Shown here: positions 60,653 to 64,000 of the stretch, piece by piece
How positions within the stretch are numbered: position 1 is the first letter of the stretch
How the letters are laid out: each line of letters begins with the position of its first letter
NCBI GenBank assembly: GCA_963664305.2
Contig: CAXXLV010000002.1
Coordinates: 320,001 to 384,000, forward strand
Length of the DNA: 64,000 bases
Direction of reading: 5' to 3'
DNA from: an uncultured Aliarcobacter sp.
GTDB lineage: Bacteria; Campylobacterota; Campylobacteria; Campylobacterales; Arcobacteraceae
The notes under the pieces: generated by a model
Told to the model about the DNA's origin: nothing
Databases searched by the model: none
The model's input: the letters and a program-made list of their open reading frames with translations, nothing else
Position numbers and translations under genes: made by a program

Positions 60653-61015
60653 TTAAAACTTCTTTTTTAGAATTTCATAAAAATTTTCAAAAGAGGGCAA
60701 ATCTAGTTTTGCTTCTCTTTGTTTTTTCCCCCACATTGGTTCTGGGAAAAATGAATCTTCTTTAAATCTTGCCATAACATGAAAATGAACATGAGGAACA
60801 TAGTTTCCAAAAGATGCAATATTTATTTTTTCAGGTTTAAAATAAGATAGCATCTCTTTTTCAATTAAATCTAAATATTTCCATATTTCTTGTTTTGTTT
60901 CAGTATTACATTCAGAAAACTCTTTTATTGGTTCATTTGTGAATATTTTTAACCATGGAATTTCAGATGGTTCAATTTCAATTTTTATTAAATCATTTTT
61001 AAAAAGCAGTGACAA
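60653..61015 (-). CDS. HIT-family protein
   Basis: KINIASFGNYVPHVHFH; TTG start after aaagga. Confidence 0.9.
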   Translation of the reverse strand: MSLLFKNDLIKIEIEPSEIPWLKIFTNEPIKEFSECNTETKQEIWKYLDLIEKEMLSYFKPEKINIASFGNYVPHVHFHVMARFKEDSFFPEPMWGKKQREAKLDLPSFENFYEILKKKF

Positions 61016-61276
61016 AATAAATCCTTTCTTTATCATAAATATTATGGAATATTATAATAAATATGATTAAATAGTTATTCCAAAACACATTCAACTTATT
61101 TTAAGTAAAAATTAATTATAATCCACTTCCATTTTTTCAATCATTGAGGAAGTTTTTATAAAATATACATGTTTTATTTTATAAAGAGTTGGTAAAAGCT
61201 TAAAGATGAGATATATTATTTTTTAAGGCTTTTTCCTGTTGAAAGTGGAAAAAAACACAAAGAAGAGGACAGGCTT

Positions 61277-61390
61277 ATGAAAGTAAGAGCTTCAGTAAAA
61301 AAAATGTGTGATAAATGTAAGGTTATCAAAAGAAGAGGTGTCGTAAGAGTAATCTGCGAAAACAAAAAACATAAACAAAGACAAGGATAA
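61277..61390 (+). CDS. rpmJ: 50S ribosomal protein L36 (too short for the ORF track)
   Basis: [37 protein letters not shown]. Confidence 0.98.
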   Translation: MKVRASVKKMCDKCKVIKRRGVVRVICENKKHKQRQG

Positions 61391-61395
61391 GACAC

Positions 61396-61764
61396 ATGGC
61401 AAGAATCGCGGGTGTTGATTTACCAAATAAAAAGAGAATGGAATATGCTTTAACGTATATTTACGGAATCGGATTACATAACTCTAGACTAATTTTAGAT
61501 GCAGTTGGAATTGATTACAACAAAAGAGCATTTGAATTATCTGAAGACGAAGCAGCGACTATCAGAAAAGAAATCCAAGAAAACTACCTTGTAGAAGGGG
61601 ATTTAAGAAAAAAAGTTGCTATGGATATTAAAGCTTTAATGGATTTAGGTTCATACAGAGGTTTAAGACATAGAAAAGGTTTACCTTGTAGAGGGCAAAA
61701 GACTAAAACTAATGCTAGAACAAGAAAAGGTAAAAAGAAAACTGTTGGTGCAGCAACTAAATAA
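61396..61764 (+). CDS. rpsM: 30S ribosomal protein S13
   Basis: [34 protein letters not shown]. Confidence 0.98.
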   Translation: MARIAGVDLPNKKRMEYALTYIYGIGLHNSRLILDAVGIDYNKRAFELSEDEAATIRKEIQENYLVEGDLRKKVAMDIKALMDLGSYRGLRHRKGLPCRGQKTKTNARTRKGKKKTVGAATK

Positions 61765-61774
61765 GGGATTGTAG

Positions 61775-62167
61775 ATGGCAAAAAGAAAAGTTACTAGAAA
61801 AAAAATTGTAAGAAAAAATATTGCTGACGGTATCGTACATATTGCTGCAAGTTTTAACAATACAATGGTTACAGTTACAGATAATGCAGGAAACGCAATC
61901 GCATGGTCAAGTGCTGGAAACTTAGGATTCAAAGGTTCTAAAAAATCAACTCCATTCGCAGCACAAGCAGCTGTAGAAGATGCTATGAATAAAGCAATGG
62001 AACATGGTATTAAGAATGTAGGTATTAAAATTCAAGGACCAGGTTCAGGAAGAGATACAGCTGTTAAAGCAGTAGGTTCTATGGACGGAGTTAGAGTTAC
62101 TTGGTTAAAAGATGTTACACCATTACCACACAATGGTTGTAGACCTCCTAAAAGAAGAAGAGTGTAA
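61775..62167 (+). CDS. rpsK: 30S ribosomal protein S11
   Basis: [32 protein letters not shown]. Confidence 0.98.
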   Translation: MAKRKVTRKKIVRKNIADGIVHIAASFNNTMVTVTDNAGNAIAWSSAGNLGFKGSKKSTPFAAQAAVEDAMNKAMEHGIKNVGIKIQGPGSGRDTAVKAVGSMDGVRVTWLKDVTPLPHNGCRPPKRRRV

Positions 62168-62177
62168 GGGGTAAATA

Positions 62178-62804
62178 ATGGCAAGATATAGAGGACCAGT
62201 AGAAAAAATCGAAAGAAGACTTGATGCGGATCTTGGATTAAAAGGTGAGAGAAGATTATCAGGTAAAAGTGCTTTAGAAAAAAGACCATTTGCTCCAGGA
62301 CAACACGGACAAAGAAGAGCTAAAATTTCTGAGTACGGATTACAATTAAGAGAAAAACAAAAAGCTAAATTTATGTACGGTGTTTCTGAAAAACAATTCA
62401 GAAAATACTTTAAAGAAGCTGCAAGAAGAGAAGGTAATACAGGGGCTAACCTAATTACTTTAATCGAACAAAGATTAGATAACGTTGTATTTAGAATGGG
62501 ATTTGCTACAACTAGAGCAAATGCAAGACAATTTACAACTCATGGACACGTTTTAGTAGATGGTAAAAAAGTTAATATTCCTTCTTACTTAGTAAAACCT
62601 GGACAAAAAATTGAAATTAAAGAAAAATCAAAAACTAATCCTCAAATCGTTAGAGCATTAGAATTAACAAATCAAACTGGAATGGTTGATTGGGTTAATG
62701 TTGATAAAGATAAAGTATTTGGAATTTTCACAAGAATACCAGCAAGAGAAGAAGTTGTTATCCCTGTTGAAGAGAGATTAATCGTAGAGTTATATTCTAA
62801 ATAA
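62178..62804 (+). CDS. rpsD: 30S ribosomal protein S4
   Basis: [34 protein letters not shown]. Confidence 0.98.
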   Translation: MARYRGPVEKIERRLDADLGLKGERRLSGKSALEKRPFAPGQHGQRRAKISEYGLQLREKQKAKFMYGVSEKQFRKYFKEAARREGNTGANLITLIEQRLDNVVFRMGFATTRANARQFTTHGHVLVDGKKVNIPSYLVKPGQKIEIKEKSKTNPQIVRALELTNQTGMVDWVNVDKDKVFGIFTRIPAREEVVIPVEERLIVELYSK

Positions 62805-62821
62805 TAAATAAAAGGTAGCTA

Positions 62822-63820
62822 ATGAAAAAATTTGCAGAAACTCCGTTTTTACCAACTGAAGTTGAAATAGAGGCTATCAGTGATAATGAGGCTAAAATAT
62901 CAGCATATCCATTTGAGGATGGTTTTGCAATTACTTTAGCACACCCTTTGAGAAGACTTTTATTAAGTTCTTCGGTTGGTTATGCACCAATTGCAGTAAA
63001 AATTGAAGGTGCTTCTCATGAGTTTGACTCATTAAGAGGTATGCTAGAAGATATAGCTATTTTTGTTATAAATTTAAAGAATATTAAGTTTAAAATAAAT
63101 GGTGATAAAGAACAAGTTGTAGTTGAGTATTCTTTCAACGGACCAAGAGAAATTAAAGGTGAAGATTTAATTAACTCTGATGTTGAAGTTGTTTCAAAAG
63201 ATACTCATTTAGCAACAATTAATAGTGACTGTAACTTAACATTCTCTGTGATTATTCAAAAAGGTATAGGATATATGCCATCTGAAGATATTAGAGATAT
63301 TGTTGGACCAGATTATATTCCAATTGATGCATTCTTTACACCTGTTAAAAAAGTGGTTTATGATATTGAAAAAATGTTAGTTGAAGATAATCCTAACTAT
63401 GAAAAAGCTGTATTTACAGTACAAACAAATGGACAAATTTCTCCAATTACTGCTTTTAAAGAAGCAGTTTCTGTAATGTACTCTCAAATGTCAGTTTTTA
63501 ACAAAGTATTTGATTTATCTGAAGTAACAGTAAGTGATTCTGGAGAAGAACCAGTTGAACTTAAAGAATTAGTTATCAAAATTGATGATTTAAATTTAAG
63601 TGCTAGAAGTTTCAACTCTTTAGATAGAGCTGGACTAAAGTATTTAGGTGAATTAGTACTTATGAGTGAAGTTGAAGTAAAAAATATTAAAAATCTTGGG
63701 AAAAAATCTTACGATGAGATTGCTGAAAAATTAGAATCTCTAGGTTACCCAGTTGAAAATACACTTCCAGAAAATGTTGCTTCTGCATTAAGAAGAAAAT
63801 TAGAGCAACTAAAAGCATAA
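62822..63820 (+). CDS. rpoA: RNA polymerase alpha subunit
   Basis: PFEDGFAITLAHPLRRLLLSS, HEF, LSARSFNSL, NLGKKS. Confidence 0.97.
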   Translation: MKKFAETPFLPTEVEIEAISDNEAKISAYPFEDGFAITLAHPLRRLLLSSSVGYAPIAVKIEGASHEFDSLRGMLEDIAIFVINLKNIKFKINGDKEQVVVEYSFNGPREIKGEDLINSDVEVVSKDTHLATINSDCNLTFSVIIQKGIGYMPSEDIRDIVGPDYIPIDAFFTPVKKVVYDIEKMLVEDNPNYEKAVFTVQTNGQISPITAFKEAVSVMYSQMSVFNKVFDLSEVTVSDSGEEPVELKELVIKIDDLNLSARSFNSLDRAGLKYLGELVLMSEVEVKNIKNLGKKSYDEIAEKLESLGYPVENTLPENVASALRRKLEQLKA

Positions 63821-63833
63821 TTAAGGGTTTAAT

Positions 63834-64000
63834 ATGAGACACAAGCATGGATATAGAAAGTTAAGTAGAACTTCTTCTCATAGAAAAGCATTGTTAAAAA
63901 ACATGGCAATTGCAATTATCGAAAGAGAAAAAATCGAAACAACTGTACCTAAAGCAAAAGAGTTAAAAAGATACATTGAAAGATTAGTTACAACTGCAAG
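63834..64000 (+). CDS. rplQ: 50S ribosomal protein L17 (cut by window end)
   Basis: [23 protein letters not shown]...[10 protein letters not shown]. Confidence 0.97.
   Translation, partial: MRHKHGYRKLSRTSSHRKALLKNMAIAIIEREKIETTVPKAKELKRYIERLVTTA

Noticed and set aside
1222..62289. Many 60-100 aa ORFs nested in or antisense to long genes
   Set aside because: No SD sites or motifs; expected by chance alongside well-supported genes
1..64000. CRISPR arrays, tRNA/rRNA genes, prophage or integrase genes
   Set aside because: No repeat-spacer pattern, no cloverleaf or rRNA-like GC-rich segments, and no integrase or phage structural ORFs seen

Overview
AT-rich bacterial chromosome segment whose gene content and order (hemL-atpZ, rluD/rodA-flpA-trmB-ftsEX, dapD, priA, rpoD, Campylobacterota-type rpoA) point to Campylobacterota, most likely Arcobacteraceae (inference). 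It holds housekeeping genes, a [NiFe]-hydrogenase maturation operon (hypBCD...hypEA) interrupted by three unrelated genes, and the start of the alpha ribosomal operon. The main observation is a ~10 kb guanidine-utilisation operon: ABC importer, cgdAB, guanidine-type carboxylase, split allophanate hydrolase and a Gdx-like SMR transporter. It is headed by a guanidine-I riboswitch and also carries, internally just before the carboxylase gene, a second riboswitch of a different class (guanidine-II/mini-ykkC), which suggests two-tier control. Other points: an apparently domesticated IS1595-derived gene divergent from a His-rich NifX-like gene and the hyp operon; a DUF5677/MazG-like insertion; two genes that seem to start at non-canonical ATC/ATA codons; several likely leaderless transcripts. 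No rRNA, tRNA or CRISPR array was seen. All family calls come from motif recognition, not database searches.
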